Source of the DNA: Escherichia phage vB_EcoM_Lutter
Direction: 5' to 3' (one strand)
Sequence record: NC_054924.1
DNA: 64,000 nt
Shown here piece by piece: positions 49,664-63,950 of this stretch. The position numbers and the translations under genes are program-made. The first letter of the stretch is position 1, and each line of letters starts with the position of its first letter. The notes beneath the pieces are model-generated. The model was not told the origin of the DNA and ran no database searches. It saw only the letters and a program-made list of their open reading frames with translations.

Positions 49664-51646
49664 ATGGCAAATACCCCTGTAAATTATCAATTAACAAGAA
49701 CAGCAAATGCTATTCCCGAGATATTCGTCGGGGGTACGTTTGCTGAAATAAAACAAAACCTCATTGAATGGCTTAATGGTCAAAATGAATTTTTGGATTA
49801 TGATTTTGAAGGCTCAAGATTAAACGTTCTGTGTGACCTTTTGGCTTATAATACGCTGTACATTCAACAGTTTGGTAATGCTGCTGTGTATGAAAGCTTT
49901 ATGCGTACTGCTAACTTACGAAGTTCAGTTGTTCAAGCTGCACAAGATAACGGATATTTACCTACTTCAAAATCCGCTGCGCAGACCGAAATTATGTTAA
50001 CATGCACCGACGCATTGAATAGGAATTACATTACTATTCCTCGCGGAACTCGCTTTTTAGCATATGCAAAAGATACTTCTGTTAATCCATATAACTTCGT
50101 TTCTACCGAAGACGTTATTGCTATTCGTGATAAAAATAACCAATATTTTCCACGTTTAAAATTGGCTCAGGGACGTATAGTAAGAACTGAAATCATTTAT
50201 GATAAATTAACACCTATTATCATTTATGATAAAAATATTGATAGAAACCAGGTTAAATTATATGTTGATGGAGCGGAATGGATTAACTGGACGAGAAAGT
50301 CAATGGTTCATGCTGGTTCAACATCAACGATTTACTATATGCGTGAAACTATTGATGGAAACACTGAATTCTATTTTGGCGAAGGTGAAATTTCTGTTAA
50401 TGCTTCTGAAGGAGCTTTGACCGCTAATTATATCGGAGGTCTTAAACCTACCCAGAACTCTACGATTGTTATTGAGTACATCAGTACTAACGGTGCAGAT
50501 GCGAATGGTGCAGTCGGATTTTCATATGCAGATACATTAACAAATATAACTGTCATCAATATTAATGAAAATCCAAACGACGACCCAGATTTTGTCGGAG
50601 CAGATGGCGGCGGTGATCCAGAAGATATTGAACGTATTCGCGAATTGGGTACTATTAAACGCGAAACCCAGCAACGTTGCGTAACTGCGACTGATTATGA
50701 TACATTCGTTTCAGAGAGATTTGGTTCTATTATTCAAACTGTTCAGACTTTCACTGATTCTACTAAACCTGGGTATGCATTTATTGCTGCTAAACCTAAA
50801 TCAGGATTGTATTTAACTACTGTGCAACGTGAAGATATTAAAAATTATCTCAAAGACTATAATTTAGCTCCTATTACGCCATCAATTATTTCTCCTAATT
50901 ATCTTTTTATTAAGACTAATTTAAAAGTCACATATGCTTTAAATAAGCTGCAAGAATCCGAACAGTGGCTCGAAGGTCAAATAATTGATAAAATTGATCG
51001 TTATTATACCGAAGATGTAGAAATTTTCAACTCGTCTTTTGCCAAGTCTAAGATGTTGACATATGTAGATGATGCAGATCATTCTATCATTGGTTCATCA
51101 GCGACAATTCAAATTGTTCGTGAAGTACAAAACTTCTATAAAACGCCTGAAGCAGGTATTAAATACAATAATCAAATAAAAGATCGTTCTATGGAATCTA
51201 ATACGTTTTCATTTAATTCTGGACGAAAGGTTGTAAATCCTGATACTGGTTTAGAAGAAGATGTATTATATGACGTTCGTATAGTATCAACAGACCGAGA
51301 TTCTAAAGGAATTGGTAAAGTTATTATTGGTCCATTTGCTTCTGGCGATGTTACAGAAAATGAAAACATCCAGCCGTATACAGGCAACGATTTTAACAAA
51401 TTAGCAAATTCTGATGGACGCGACAAATACTATGTTATCGGTGAAATAAATTATCCAGCTGACATGATTTATTGGAATATCGCTAAAATTAATTTAACAT
51501 CTGAAAAATTTGAAGTTCAGACTATTGAATTATATTCTGACCCAACCGATGATGTTATCTTTACTCGCGATGGTTCACTGATTGTATTTGAAAATGACTT
51601 ACGTCCACAATACTTAACTATCGATTTGGAGCCTATATCACAATGA
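49664..51646 (+). CDS. 6: baseplate wedge protein gp6
   Basis: 660 aa; T4 gp6 length. Confidence 0.9.
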   Translation: MANTPVNYQLTRTANAIPEIFVGGTFAEIKQNLIEWLNGQNEFLDYDFEGSRLNVLCDLLAYNTLYIQQFGNAAVYESFMRTANLRSSVVQAAQDNGYLPTSKSAAQTEIMLTCTDALNRNYITIPRGTRFLAYAKDTSVNPYNFVSTEDVIAIRDKNNQYFPRLKLAQGRIVRTEIIYDKLTPIIIYDKNIDRNQVKLYVDGAEWINWTRKSMVHAGSTSTIYYMRETIDGNTEFYFGEGEISVNASEGALTANYIGGLKPTQNSTIVIEYISTNGADANGAVGFSYADTLTNITVININENPNDDPDFVGADGGGDPEDIERIRELGTIKRETQQRCVTATDYDTFVSERFGSIIQTVQTFTDSTKPGYAFIAAKPKSGLYLTTVQREDIKNYLKDYNLAPITPSIISPNYLFIKTNLKVTYALNKLQESEQWLEGQIIDKIDRYYTEDVEIFNSSFAKSKMLTYVDDADHSIIGSSATIQIVREVQNFYKTPEAGIKYNNQIKDRSMESNTFSFNSGRKVVNPDTGLEEDVLYDVRIVSTDRDSKGIGKVIIGPFASGDVTENENIQPYTGNDFNKLANSDGRDKYYVIGEINYPADMIYWNIAKINLTSEKFEVQTIELYSDPTDDVIFTRDGSLIVFENDLRPQYLTIDLEPISQ

Positions 51647-54600
51647 CAGTAAAAGCACCTTCAGTCACTAGTCTCAGAATTTCCAAGTTATCCGCAAATC
51701 AGGTGCAAGTACGCTGGGATGACGTTGGTGCTAATTTCTACTATTTTGTAGAAATCGCTGAGACAAAAACAAACTCGGGGGAAAATCTCCCGAGTAATCA
51801 ATACAGATGGATTAACTTAGGATATACTGCAAATAACAGCTTCTTTTTTGATGATGCTGATCCATTAACAACATACATTATTAGAGTAGCTACGGCGGCG
51901 CAAGATTTTGAGCAGTCTGATTGGATTTATACCGAAGAGTTTGAAACTTTTGCTACAAATGCTTATACATTTCAAAACATGATTGAAATGCAATTAGCTA
52001 ATAAATTCATTCAGGAAAAATTTACTCTTAATAATTCTGATTATGTTAATTTTAATAATGACACTATAATGGCTGCATTGATGAATGAATCATTTCAATT
52101 CAGCCCATCGTATGTTGATGTTTCATCAATAAGTAATTTTATTATTGGTGAAAATGAGTATCATGAAATACAAGGTTCTATTCAGCAAGTATGTAAGGAT
52201 ATTAACCGAGTTTATTTGATGGAATCAGAAGGAATTCTATATCTTTTTGAGCGCTATCAACCCGTAGTTAAAGTATCTAATGATAAAGGACAAACCTGGA
52301 AAGCTGTAAAGCTCTTCAATGACCGCGTAGGATATCCTTTATCTAAGACTGTATATTACCAATCTGCGAACACAACATACGTTCTAGGATACGACAAGAT
52401 TTTCTACGGCCGTAAATCAACTGATGTTAGATGGTCAGCTGATGATGTCAGATTTAGTTCGCAGGATATAACATTTGCTAAACTTGGTGACCAATTACAT
52501 CTAGGATTTGATGTAGAAATTTTTGCCACTTACGCGACTTTGCCAGCGAATGTATACCGCATTGCAGAAGCTATTACTTGCACTGATGATTACATTTACG
52601 TTGTCGCCAGAGACAAAGTTAGATACATAAAAACGAGTAATGCACCTATAGATTCTGATCCATTATCTCCAACATATTCGGAAAGACTTTTTGAACCTGA
52701 TACCATGACTATAACTGGAAATCCTAAAGCAGTATGTTATAAAATGGATTCTATCGGTGATAAAGTTTTTGCTCTTATTATTGGTGAAGTTGAAACATTA
52801 AATGCCAATCCGAGAACATCAAAAATAATTGATTCCGCTGATAAAGGAATATATGTTTTAAATCATGACGAAAAAACATGGAAAAGAGTTTTTGGTAATA
52901 CCGAAGAAGAAAGAAGACGTATTCAACCCGGATATGCGAATATGTCAACTGACGGTAAATTAGTTTCTCTGTCTTCGAGTAATTTTAAATTTTTAAGCGA
53001 TAATGTTGTTAATGACCCTGAAACTGCAGCAAAATATCAGTTAATTGGTGCCGTCAAATATGAATTTCCTCGTGAATGGCTAGCTGATAAGCACTATCAT
53101 ATGATGGCATTTATAGCGGATGAAAAATCTGATTGGGAGACTTTTACTCCTCAACCAATGAAATACTACGCAGAACCGTTCTTTAACTGGTCTAAAAAAT
53201 CTAACACACGCTGTTGGATAAACAACTCTGATAGAGCTGTAGTAGTTTATGCTGATTTAAAATACACCAAAGTTATAGAAAATATTCCGGAAACATCACC
53301 AGATAGATTAGTTCATGAATACTGGGATGATGGTGATTGCACTATAGTAATGCCAAATGTTAAATTCACTGGATTTAAAAAATACGCATCAGGAATGCTT
53401 TTCTACAAATCTTCTGGCGAAATAATTTCTTATTATGATTTTAACTATCGTGTGAGAGATACAGTAGAAATTATTTGGAAACCAACTGAAGTATTTTTAA
53501 AAGCATTTTTACAAAACCAAGAGCGTGAAACTCCTTGGTCGCCTGAAGAAGAGCGTGGATTGGCTGATCCTGATTTAAGACCATTGATTGGCACAATGAT
53601 GCCTGATTCTTATTTGTTACAGGATTCGAATTTTGAGGCATTTTGCGAAGCATATATTCAGTATCTTTCTGATGGATATGGAACTCAGTATAACAATTTA
53701 CGAAATTTAATTCGTAACAAATATCCACGAGAAGAGCATGCATGGGAATATTTGTGGTCAGAGATATATAAAAGAAACATTTATTTAAATGCTGACAAAC
53801 GCGATGCTGTTGCAAGATTTTTCGAATCACGCAGCTATGATTTTTATTCTACTAAAGGAATTGAAGCATCATACAAATTTCTTTTTAAAGTTCTTTATAA
53901 TGAAGAGGTTGAAATTGAAATTGAATCTGGGGCTGGTACTGAATATGATATAATTGTTCAATCTGATTCTTTGACTGAAGACTTAGTAGGACAAACGATT
54001 TATACAGCTACAGGAAGATGTAATGTTACTTATATAGAAAGAAGTTATTCTAATGGTAAATTGCAATGGACCGTGACTATACATAATCTTTTGGGGCGTT
54101 TAATAGCAGGGCAAGAAGTTAAAGCAGAAAGACTTCCTAGTTTTGAAGGCGAAATTATTCGTGGGGTTAAAGGAAAGGATTTGCTTCAAAATAATATAGA
54201 CTATATTAATAGAAGTCGATCATATTATGTAATGAAAATTAAATCCAATTTACCTTCTTCTCGTTGGAAATCTGACGTTATTCGTTTTGTTCATCCAGTG
54301 GGATTTGGATTTATAGCAATTACCCTTTTAACGATGTTTATTAATGTTGGTTTAACTCTTAAACACACAGAGACTATAATTAATAAATACAAAAACTATA
54401 AATGGGATTCTGGATTGCCTACTGAATATGCTGATAGAGTAGCTAAATTGACTCCAACTGGTGAAATTGAGCATGATTCGGTAACAGGTGAAGCAATTTA
54501 TGAGCCTGGCCCAATGGCTGGTGTAGAATATCCTCTTCCTGATGACTATAATGCTGAAAATAATAATTCAATATTTCAAGGTCAATTGCCGTCTGAACGA

Positions 54601-54741
54601 CGTAAATTAATGAGTCCTTTATTTGATGCATCTGGAACAACATTTGCGCAATTTAGAGATTTAGTTAATAAACGTCTAAAAGATAATATAGGAAATCCAA
54701 GAGACCCTGAAAATCCAACACAGGTTAAAATAGATGAATGA
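51643..54741 (+). CDS. 7: baseplate wedge protein gp7
   Basis: 1032 aa; T4 gp7 length; ATGA overlap with gp6. Confidence 0.9.
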   Translation: MTVKAPSVTSLRISKLSANQVQVRWDDVGANFYYFVEIAETKTNSGENLPSNQYRWINLGYTANNSFFFDDADPLTTYIIRVATAAQDFEQSDWIYTEEFETFATNAYTFQNMIEMQLANKFIQEKFTLNNSDYVNFNNDTIMAALMNESFQFSPSYVDVSSISNFIIGENEYHEIQGSIQQVCKDINRVYLMESEGILYLFERYQPVVKVSNDKGQTWKAVKLFNDRVGYPLSKTVYYQSANTTYVLGYDKIFYGRKSTDVRWSADDVRFSSQDITFAKLGDQLHLGFDVEIFATYATLPANVYRIAEAITCTDDYIYVVARDKVRYIKTSNAPIDSDPLSPTYSERLFEPDTMTITGNPKAVCYKMDSIGDKVFALIIGEVETLNANPRTSKIIDSADKGIYVLNHDEKTWKRVFGNTEEERRRIQPGYANMSTDGKLVSLSSSNFKFLSDNVVNDPETAAKYQLIGAVKYEFPREWLADKHYHMMAFIADEKSDWETFTPQPMKYYAEPFFNWSKKSNTRCWINNSDRAVVVYADLKYTKVIENIPETSPDRLVHEYWDDGDCTIVMPNVKFTGFKKYASGMLFYKSSGEIISYYDFNYRVRDTVEIIWKPTEVFLKAFLQNQERETPWSPEEERGLADPDLRPLIGTMMPDSYLLQDSNFEAFCEAYIQYLSDGYGTQYNNLRNLIRNKYPREEHAWEYLWSEIYKRNIYLNADKRDAVARFFESRSYDFYSTKGIEASYKFLFKVLYNEEVEIEIESGAGTEYDIIVQSDSLTEDLVGQTIYTATGRCNVTYIERSYSNGKLQWTVTIHNLLGRLIAGQEVKAERLPSFEGEIIRGVKGKDLLQNNIDYINRSRSYYVMKIKSNLPSSRWKSDVIRFVHPVGFGFIAITLLTMFINVGLTLKHTETIINKYKNYKWDSGLPTEYADRVAKLTPTGEIEHDSVTGEAIYEPGPMAGVEYPLPDDYNAENNNSIFQGQLPSERRKLMSPLFDASGTTFAQFRDLVNKRLKDNIGNPRDPENPTQVKIDE

Positions 54742-55738
54742 TTCAAGTGTTATCTATCGTGCGATAGTTACTTCAAAATTTAGAACAGAAAAAATGTTGA
54801 ATTTTTATAATTCAATTGGAAGTGGTCCGGATAAAAACACTATCTTTATCACATTTGGAAGATCAGAACCGTGGTCATCAAATGAAAATGAGGTGGGCTT
54901 TGCCCCACCTTATCCAACTGATTCTGTATTAGGCGTAACTGACATGTGGACGCATATGATGGGAACCGTAAAGGTTCTTCCATCTATGCTTGATGCAGTT
55001 ATTCCTCGCAGAGATTGGGGAGATACTAGATATCCGGATCCATACACATTTAGAATTAACGATATTGTAGTGTGTAACTCAGCTCCTTACAACGCTACTG
55101 AATCAGGCGCAGGCTGGTTAGTATATCGTTGTTTAGATGTTCCTGATACCGGAATGTGTTCAATCGCATCTTTAACTGATAAGGATGAATGCCTTAAGTT
55201 AGGTGGAAAATGGACTCCTTCTGCTAGGTCAATGACTCCTCCTGAAGGTCGAGGAGATGCTGAAGGAACAATTGAACCTGGGGACGGGTATGTGTGGGAA
55301 TATCTATTTGAGATTCCGCCTGATGTATCTATAAATAGATGCACGAATGAATATATCGTGGTTCCTTGGCCTGAGGAATTAAAAGAAGACCCGACTAGAT
55401 GGGGGTATGAAGATAATCTCACTTGGCAGCAAGATGATTTTGGATTAATTTACCGTGTTAAGGCAAATACTATCCGTTTTAAAGCATATTTAGATTCAGT
55501 TTATTTTCCTGAAGCTGCATTGCCAGGAAATAAAGGATTTAGACAAATATCAATAATCACGAATCCTCTTGAAGCTAAAGCTCATCCAAATGACCCAAAC
55601 GTTAAAGCTGAAAAGGATTATTATGATCCGGAAGATTTAATGAGGCATTCGGGCGAAATGATTTATATGGAAAATAGGCCACCTATTATTATGGCAATGG
55701 ATCAGACAGAAGAAATCAATATTCTGTTTACATTTTAA
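54734..55738 (+). CDS. 8: baseplate wedge protein gp8
   Basis: 334 aa. Confidence 0.9.
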   Translation: MNDSSVIYRAIVTSKFRTEKMLNFYNSIGSGPDKNTIFITFGRSEPWSSNENEVGFAPPYPTDSVLGVTDMWTHMMGTVKVLPSMLDAVIPRRDWGDTRYPDPYTFRINDIVVCNSAPYNATESGAGWLVYRCLDVPDTGMCSIASLTDKDECLKLGGKWTPSARSMTPPEGRGDAEGTIEPGDGYVWEYLFEIPPDVSINRCTNEYIVVPWPEELKEDPTRWGYEDNLTWQQDDFGLIYRVKANTIRFKAYLDSVYFPEAALPGNKGFRQISIITNPLEAKAHPNDPNVKAEKDYYDPEDLMRHSGEMIYMENRPPIIMAMDQTEEINILFTF

Positions 55739-55743
55739 CTTAA

Positions 55744-55770
55744 GGGAGCCCATGGGCTCCCTTTTTCTTT
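55744..55770 (+). terminator. intrinsic terminator after gene 8
   Basis: GGGAGCC-CAUG-GGCUCCC then UUUUUCUUU on plus strand. Confidence 0.65.
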
Positions 55771-55777
55771 ATAAATA
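55770..55777 (+). promoter_or_regulatory. late promoter for gene 9
   Basis: TATAAATA on plus strand 24 nt upstream of gp9 ATG. Confidence 0.6.
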
Positions 55778-55801
55778 CTATAAACTCATAAGGAAACCGC
55801 T

Positions 55802-56668
55802 ATGTTCATTCAAGAACCAAAGAAATTGATTGATACCGGCGAAATTGGTAACGCTTCTACTGGTGATATCTTATTCGACGGTGGTAATAAAATTAATAGT
55901 GATTTTAACGCAATTTATAATGCGTTTGGCGATCAACGTAAAATGGCAGTAGCAAATGGCACTGGAGCAGATGGTCAAATTATCCATGCTACTGGATATT
56001 ATCAAAAACACTCTATTACAGAGTACGCAACTCCAGTGAAAGTCGGCACTAGACATGATATTGATACCTCTACTGTAGGTGTTAAAGTTATCATTGAAAG
56101 AGGCGAACTCGGCGACTGCGTTGAATTTATTAACTCAAATGGATCAATATCAGTTACTAATCCTTTGACAATTCAAGCTATTGATTCAATTAAAGGTGTT
56201 TCGGGTAATTTAGTAGTAACTAGCCCATATAGTAAAGTTACTTTACGCTGCATTTCATCTGATAATTCTACGTCGGTTTGGAATTATTCTATTGAAAGCA
56301 TGTTTGGACAAAAGGAATCACCAGCTGAAGGTACATGGAATATTTCTACATCCGGATCAGTTGATATTCCACTATTTCATCGCACTGAATACAATATGGC
56401 TAAATTGCTAGTTACATGCCAATCGGTAGATGGAAGAAAAATTAAAACAGCAGAAATAAATATTCTTGTGGATACTGTTAATTCAGAGGTCATTTCTTCT
56501 GAATATGCTGTCATGCGAGTTGGGAATGAAACCGAAGAAGACGAAATCGCTAATATTGCATTTAGTATTAAAGAAAATTACGTAACGGCGACTATAAGTT
56601 CTTCAACTGTCGGTATGAGAGCAGCAGTTAAAGTTATCGCTACGCAGAAAATCGGGGTGGCTCAATAA
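55802..56668 (+). CDS. 9: baseplate wedge / long tail fiber connector gp9
   Basis: 288 aa; preceded by terminator and TATAAATA. Confidence 0.9.
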   Translation: MFIQEPKKLIDTGEIGNASTGDILFDGGNKINSDFNAIYNAFGDQRKMAVANGTGADGQIIHATGYYQKHSITEYATPVKVGTRHDIDTSTVGVKVIIERGELGDCVEFINSNGSISVTNPLTIQAIDSIKGVSGNLVVTSPYSKVTLRCISSDNSTSVWNYSIESMFGQKESPAEGTWNISTSGSVDIPLFHRTEYNMAKLLVTCQSVDGRKIKTAEINILVDTVNSEVISSEYAVMRVGNETEEDEIANIAFSIKENYVTATISSSTVGMRAAVKVIATQKIGVAQ

Positions 56669-58476
56669 TGAAACAAAATATTAATATCGGTAATGTTGTA
56701 GATGATGGTACCGGTGACTACCTGCGTAAAGGTGGTATAAAAATAAATGAAAACTTTGATGAGCTTTATTATGAACTCGGTGATGGTGATGTTCCATATT
56801 CAGCCGGTGCCTGGAAAACTTATAATGCTTCATCAGGACAAACATTAACAGCAGAATGGGGAAAATCATACGCTATTAATACATCTTCTGGAAGAGTGAC
56901 TATAAATCTTCCAAAGGGCACAGTTAATGATTACAACAAGGTAATTAGAGCTAGAGACGTATTTGCTACATGGAACGTCAACCCAGTTACACTAGTAGCT
57001 GCTTCCGGAGATACGATTAAAGGGTCTGCAGTACCAGTTGAAATTAATGTTCAATTCAGCGATTTAGAACTAGTGTATTGTGCCCCAGGACGTTGGGAAT
57101 ATGTCAAAAATAAACAAATTGACAAAATTACCAGTTCAGACATTAGTAATGTAGCTCGTAAAGAATTTTTAGTCGAAGTCCAAGGACAAACAGACTTTTT
57201 AGATGTTTTCCGTGGAACCAGTTATAATGTAAATAACATCAGAGTAAAACATCGTGGTAACGAATTGTATTACGGCGATGTGTTTAGCGAAAACAGTGAT
57301 TTTGGCTCTCCGGGCGAAAATGAAGGAGAACTAGTTCCTCTTGATGGATTTAATATTCGATTAAGACAGCCTTGTAATATTGGTGACACTGTTCAAATTG
57401 AAACATTTATGGATGGTGTATCGCAGTGGAGAAGTTCATATACAAGACGTCAAATTAGATTGTTAGATTCAAAATTAACGTCAAAAACTTCTTTAGAAGG
57501 AAGCATTTACGTTACTGATTTATCAACAATGAAATCAATTCCATTTTCTGCTTTTGGATTAATTCCAGGAGAACCTATTAATCCTAACTCTCTTGAGGTT
57601 CGTTTTAATGGAATTTTGCAGGAATTAGCTGGCACAGTTGGAATGCCATTATTTCATTGTGTTGGTGCCGATTCAGACGATGAAGTAGAATGCTCTGTTT
57701 TAGGTGGAACTTGGGAACAATCTCATACCGATTATTCAGTTGAAACTGATGAAAACGGCATACCGGAAATTTTACATTTCGATAGAGTATTTGAGCATGG
57801 TGACATTATCAATATCACCTGGTTTAATAATGATTTGGGTACATTATTAACGAAAGATGAGATTATTGATGAAACTGATAATCTCTATGTATCGCAAGGG
57901 CCGGGAGTAGATATTTCTGGTGATGTAAATTTAACAGACTTCGATAAAATTGGTTGGCCAAATGTAGAAGCAGTTCAATCTTATCAACGCGAATTTAATG
58001 CTGTTTCAAATATCTTTGATACGATTTATCCTATTGGAACTATATATGAAAACGCTGTTAATCCAAACAACCCTGTTACATATATGGGATTCGGCTCATG
58101 GAAATTATTTGGGCAAGGAAAAGTTTTAGTTGGATGGAATGAAGATATTTCGGACCCTAACTTTGCTTTAAATAACAATGATTTAGATTCGGGTGGAAAT
58201 CCTTCACATACTGCAGGTGGAACAGGTGGTTCTACTTCTGTTACATTGGAAAATGCTAATCTTCCTGCAACTGAAACAGATGAAGAAGTTCTAATAGTTG
58301 ATGAAAATGGATCAGTCATTGTTGGTGGGTGTCAATACGATCCAGATGAATCCGGTCCAATCTACACTAAATACCGCGAAGCTAAAGCATCTACTAACTC
58401 TACTCACACTCCGCCAACATCAATAACTAACATTCAACCATATATTACAGTTTATCGTTGGATAAGGATTGCATAA
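56668..58476 (+). CDS. 10: baseplate wedge / short tail fiber attachment gp10
   Basis: 602 aa. Confidence 0.9.
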   Translation: MKQNINIGNVVDDGTGDYLRKGGIKINENFDELYYELGDGDVPYSAGAWKTYNASSGQTLTAEWGKSYAINTSSGRVTINLPKGTVNDYNKVIRARDVFATWNVNPVTLVAASGDTIKGSAVPVEINVQFSDLELVYCAPGRWEYVKNKQIDKITSSDISNVARKEFLVEVQGQTDFLDVFRGTSYNVNNIRVKHRGNELYYGDVFSENSDFGSPGENEGELVPLDGFNIRLRQPCNIGDTVQIETFMDGVSQWRSSYTRRQIRLLDSKLTSKTSLEGSIYVTDLSTMKSIPFSAFGLIPGEPINPNSLEVRFNGILQELAGTVGMPLFHCVGADSDDEVECSVLGGTWEQSHTDYSVETDENGIPEILHFDRVFEHGDIINITWFNNDLGTLLTKDEIIDETDNLYVSQGPGVDISGDVNLTDFDKIGWPNVEAVQSYQREFNAVSNIFDTIYPIGTIYENAVNPNNPVTYMGFGSWKLFGQGKVLVGWNEDISDPNFALNNNDLDSGGNPSHTAGGTGGSTSVTLENANLPATETDEEVLIVDENGSVIVGGCQYDPDESGPIYTKYREAKASTNSTHTPPTSITNIQPYITVYRWIRIA

Positions 58477-59135
58477 TGAGTTTACTTAATAATAAAGCGG
58501 GAGTTATTTCCCGCTTAGCCGATTTTCTTGGTTTTAGACCTAAAGCTGGTAATATAGATGTAATGAATCGTCAATCAGTTGGGTCAGTGACAATTTCTCA
58601 ATTAGCGAAAGGTTTTTATGAACCAAACGTAGAATCAGCTATTAATGATGTTCATAATTTTTCTATAAAAGACATTGGTACAATTATTACTAATAAAACT
58701 GGTGTTTCTCCTGAGGGTGTTTCTCAAACTGATTATTGGGCATTTTCTGGAACTGTAACAGACGATTCTCTTCCTCCGGGTTCTCCTGTTACGGTATTAG
58801 TATTTGGTCTTCCAGTTTCAGCAACAACTGGAATGACGGCAATTGAGTTTGTTGCAAAAGTTCGTGTTGCCCTTCAAGAAGCTATTGCGTCATTTACTGC
58901 TATCAACTCATATAAAGACCATCCAACAGATGGTAGTAAATTAGAAGTTACTTATTTAGATAATCAAAAACATGTATTAAGCACATATTCTACATATGGA
59001 ATAACTATTTCACAGGAAATTATTTCTGAGTCTAAACCTGGCTACGGTACATGGAATTTATTAGGCGCACAAACTGTAACTTTAGATAATCAGCAGACTC
59101 CTACAGTACTTTATCATTTTGAGAGAACAGCATGA
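58476..59135 (+). CDS. 11: baseplate wedge / short tail fiber connector gp11
   Basis: 219 aa from ATG at 58476 (TAATG overlap with gp10). Confidence 0.88.
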   Translation: MSLLNNKAGVISRLADFLGFRPKAGNIDVMNRQSVGSVTISQLAKGFYEPNVESAINDVHNFSIKDIGTIITNKTGVSPEGVSQTDYWAFSGTVTDDSLPPGSPVTVLVFGLPVSATTGMTAIEFVAKVRVALQEAIASFTAINSYKDHPTDGSKLEVTYLDNQKHVLSTYSTYGITISQEIISESKPGYGTWNLLGAQTVTLDNQQTPTVLYHFERTA

Positions 59136-60715
59136 GTAATAATACATATCAACACGTTTCTAATGAATCTCGTTATGTAAAATTTGATCCAACTGGTACA
59201 AATTTTCCGGAAGAGATTACTGATGTTCAGGCTGCTATAGCAGCCATTTCTCCTGCTGGCGTAAATGGAGTTCCTGATGCATCGTCAACAACAAAGGGAA
59301 TTTTATTTCTTGCCACTGAACAGGAAGTTATAGATGGAACTAATAATACCAAAGCAGTTACACCGGCAACGTTGGCAACAAGATTATCATATCCAAATGC
59401 TACCGAAGAAGTTTATGGACTTACACGTTATTCAACAGACGATGAAGCTGTAGCTGGTGTTAATAATGAATCATCTATAACTCCGGCTAAATTTACTACA
59501 GCAATTAATCACATTTTTGATACACGAATTTCTTCTGAAAGTTCACTTGGCGTTATTAAGTTATCATCTCTACCGCAAGCATTAGCTGGTGCAGATGATA
59601 CTACTGCAATGACTCCATTAAAAACGCAGCAGTTAGCTATTAAATTAATTGCGCAAATTGCTCCTTCTGAAACTACAGCTACAGAGTCTGACCAGGGTGT
59701 TGTTCAATTAGCAACAGTAGCACAGGTTCGTCAGGGAACTTTGAGAGAAGGCTATGCAATTTCTCCTTATACGCTAATGAATTCTACTGCTACTGAAGAA
59801 TATAAAGGCGTAATTAAATTAGGAACACAATCAGAAGTTAACTCGAATAATGCTTCTGTTGCTGTTACTGGTGCAACTCTTAATGGTCGTGGTTCTACAA
59901 CGTCAATGAGAGGCGTAGTTAAATTAACTACAACTGCCGGCTCACAGAGTGGAGGTGATGCTTCATCAGCACTAGCTTGGAATGCTGACGTTATCCATCA
60001 AAGAGGCGGTCAAACTATTAATGGAACACTCCGCATTAATAACACGCTTACAATAGCTTCAGGTGGAGCAAATATTACCGGAACAGTTAACATGACCGGT
60101 GGTTATATTCAAGGTAAGCGTGTCGTAACACAAAATGAAATTGATAGAACTATTCCTGTCGGAGCTATTATGATGTGGGCCGCTGATAGTCTTCCTAGTG
60201 ATGCTTGGCGTTTTTGCCACGGTGGAACTGTTTCAGCATCAGATTGTCCATTATATGCTTCTAGAATTGGAACAAGATACGGCGGAAGTTCATCAAATCC
60301 TGGATTACCTGATATGCGTGGTCTTTTTGTTCGCGGCTCTGGTCGTGGCTCTCACTTAACAAATCCAAATGTTAATGGTAATGACCAGTTTGGTAAGCCT
60401 AGATTAGGTGTAGGTTGTACTGGTGGATATGTTGGTGAAGTACAGAAACAACAGATGTCTTATCATAAACATGCTGGCGGATTTGGTGAGCATGATGATT
60501 CTGGGGCATTCGGTAATACCCGTAGATCAAATTTTGTTGGTACACGTAAAGGACTTGACTGGGATAACCGTTCATACTTCACCAATGATGGATATGAAAT
60601 TGACCCGGCATCGCAGCGAAATTCCAAATATACGTTAAATCGCCCTGAATTAATTGGAAATGAAACACGTCCATGGAACATTTCTTTAAACTACATAATT
60701 AAGGTAAAAGAATGA
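59132..60715 (+). CDS. 12: short tail fiber gp12
   Basis: 527 aa; Ser/Thr/Ala-rich fibrous repeats. Confidence 0.9.
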   Translation: MSNNTYQHVSNESRYVKFDPTGTNFPEEITDVQAAIAAISPAGVNGVPDASSTTKGILFLATEQEVIDGTNNTKAVTPATLATRLSYPNATEEVYGLTRYSTDDEAVAGVNNESSITPAKFTTAINHIFDTRISSESSLGVIKLSSLPQALAGADDTTAMTPLKTQQLAIKLIAQIAPSETTATESDQGVVQLATVAQVRQGTLREGYAISPYTLMNSTATEEYKGVIKLGTQSEVNSNNASVAVTGATLNGRGSTTSMRGVVKLTTTAGSQSGGDASSALAWNADVIHQRGGQTINGTLRINNTLTIASGGANITGTVNMTGGYIQGKRVVTQNEIDRTIPVGAIMMWAADSLPSDAWRFCHGGTVSASDCPLYASRIGTRYGGSSSNPGLPDMRGLFVRGSGRGSHLTNPNVNGNDQFGKPRLGVGCTGGYVGEVQKQQMSYHKHAGGFGEHDDSGAFGNTRRSNFVGTRKGLDWDNRSYFTNDGYEIDPASQRNSKYTLNRPELIGNETRPWNISLNYIIKVKE

Positions 60716-62175
60716 CAGATATTGTACTGAATGACTTACCATTCGTTGACGGCCCTCCTGCAGAGGGCCAGAGCCGCATTTCCTGGATTAAAAACGGCGA
60801 AGAAATATTAGGAGCTGACACACAATATGGAAGTGAAGGCTCAATGAATAGGCCCACAGTTTCTGTATTAAGAAATGTTGAAGTTCTCGATAAAAACATC
60901 GGAATACTTAAAACATCTTTAGAAACCGCAAATAGTGATATTAAAACAATTCAGGGCATCTTAGATGTATCTGGTGATATAGAAGCTTTAGCACAAATAA
61001 GTATCAATAAAAAGGATATTTCTGACCTCAAAACGCTAACCAGTGAACATACAGAAATATTAAATGGAACTAATAGTACAGTTGACAACATTCTTGCTGA
61101 TATTGGTCCATTTAACTCCGAGGCCAACTCTGTATACAGAACGATCAGAAATGATTTATTGTGGATAAAGCGTGAACTTGGACAATACACAGGTCAAGAT
61201 ATTAATGGTCTTCCTGTTGTAGGAAATCCTAGCACAGGAATGAAGCATCGCATCATTAATAATACTGATGTCATCACTTCACAGGGAATACGTTTAAGCG
61301 AATTAGAAACAAAATTCATTGAATCTGATGTAGGTTCTTTAACTATTGAAGTTGGTAATCTTCGCGAAGAGCTTGGACCGAAACCACCGTCATTTTCACA
61401 AAACATCTACAGTCGTTTAAATGAAATTGACACTAAACAGACAACATTCGAATCTGACATTAGTGCTATTAAGACCTCAATAGGATATCCAGGAAATAAT
61501 TCGATTATCACGAGTGTTAATACAAACACTGATAATATTGCATCTATTAATTTAGAGCTAAATCAAAGTGGAGGTATTAAACAGCGTTTAACAGTTATTG
61601 AAACTTCCATTGGTTCAGATGATATTCCTTCGAGTATTAAAGGTCAAATCAAAGATAATACAACTTCAATCGAATCTCTGAATGGAATCGTCGGTGAAAA
61701 CACTTCATCCGGTTTAAGAGCGAATGTTTCGTGGTTAAACCAAATTGTTGGAACTGATTCTAGCGGTGGACAACCTTCTCCTCCTGGGTCTCTTTTAAAC
61801 CGAGTTTCTACAATTGAAACTTCTGTTTCAGGTTTGAATAACGATGTTCAGAACCTACAAGTAGAGATTGGTAATAACAGCACAGGAATTAAAGGGCAAG
61901 TTGTAGCGTTAAATACTTTAGTAAATGGAACTAATCCAAACGGTTCAACTGTTGAAGAGCGCGGATTAACCAATTCAATAAAAGCTAACGAAACCAACAT
62001 TGCATCAGTTACACAAGAAGTGAATACAGCCAAAGGTAGTATATCTTCTCTGCAAGGTGATGTTCAAGCTCTACAAGAAGCAGGTTATATTCCTGAAGCT
62101 CCAAAAGATGGTCAAGCTTACGTTCGTAAAGACGGCGAATGGGTATTACTTTCTACCTTTTTATCACCAGCATAA
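60712..62175 (+). CDS. wac: fibritin (whiskers)
   Basis: 487 aa; segmented coiled coil; C-terminal foldon-like [27 protein letters not shown]. Confidence 0.92.
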   Translation: MTDIVLNDLPFVDGPPAEGQSRISWIKNGEEILGADTQYGSEGSMNRPTVSVLRNVEVLDKNIGILKTSLETANSDIKTIQGILDVSGDIEALAQISINKKDISDLKTLTSEHTEILNGTNSTVDNILADIGPFNSEANSVYRTIRNDLLWIKRELGQYTGQDINGLPVVGNPSTGMKHRIINNTDVITSQGIRLSELETKFIESDVGSLTIEVGNLREELGPKPPSFSQNIYSRLNEIDTKQTTFESDISAIKTSIGYPGNNSIITSVNTNTDNIASINLELNQSGGIKQRLTVIETSIGSDDIPSSIKGQIKDNTTSIESLNGIVGENTSSGLRANVSWLNQIVGTDSSGGQPSPPGSLLNRVSTIETSVSGLNNDVQNLQVEIGNNSTGIKGQVVALNTLVNGTNPNGSTVEERGLTNSIKANETNIASVTQEVNTAKGSISSLQGDVQALQEAGYIPEAPKDGQAYVRKDGEWVLLSTFLSPA

Positions 62176-62178
62176 CAT

Positions 62179-62206
62179 GGGGCCGCAAGGCCCCAAAGGA
62201 TTTTTA
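62179..62206 (+). terminator. hairpin after wac (possible attenuator/terminator)
   Basis: GGGGCC-GCAA-GGCCCC then AAAGGAUUUUU. Confidence 0.45.
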
Positions 62207-62207
62207 A

Positions 62208-63909
<1,702 letters not shown>

Positions 63910-63950
63910 TAAATATTATAAACTAATTAAAGCCCAGATTAGGAGAAATC

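Noticed and set aside
48934-55332. Internal TATAAATA matches inside gp5.1 (about 48934) and gp8 (about 55325)
   Set aside because: An 8-mer of this composition is expected roughly 10-20 times by chance in 64 kb; these sit mid-gene with no downstream start, unlike the matches placed just upstream of gene starts.
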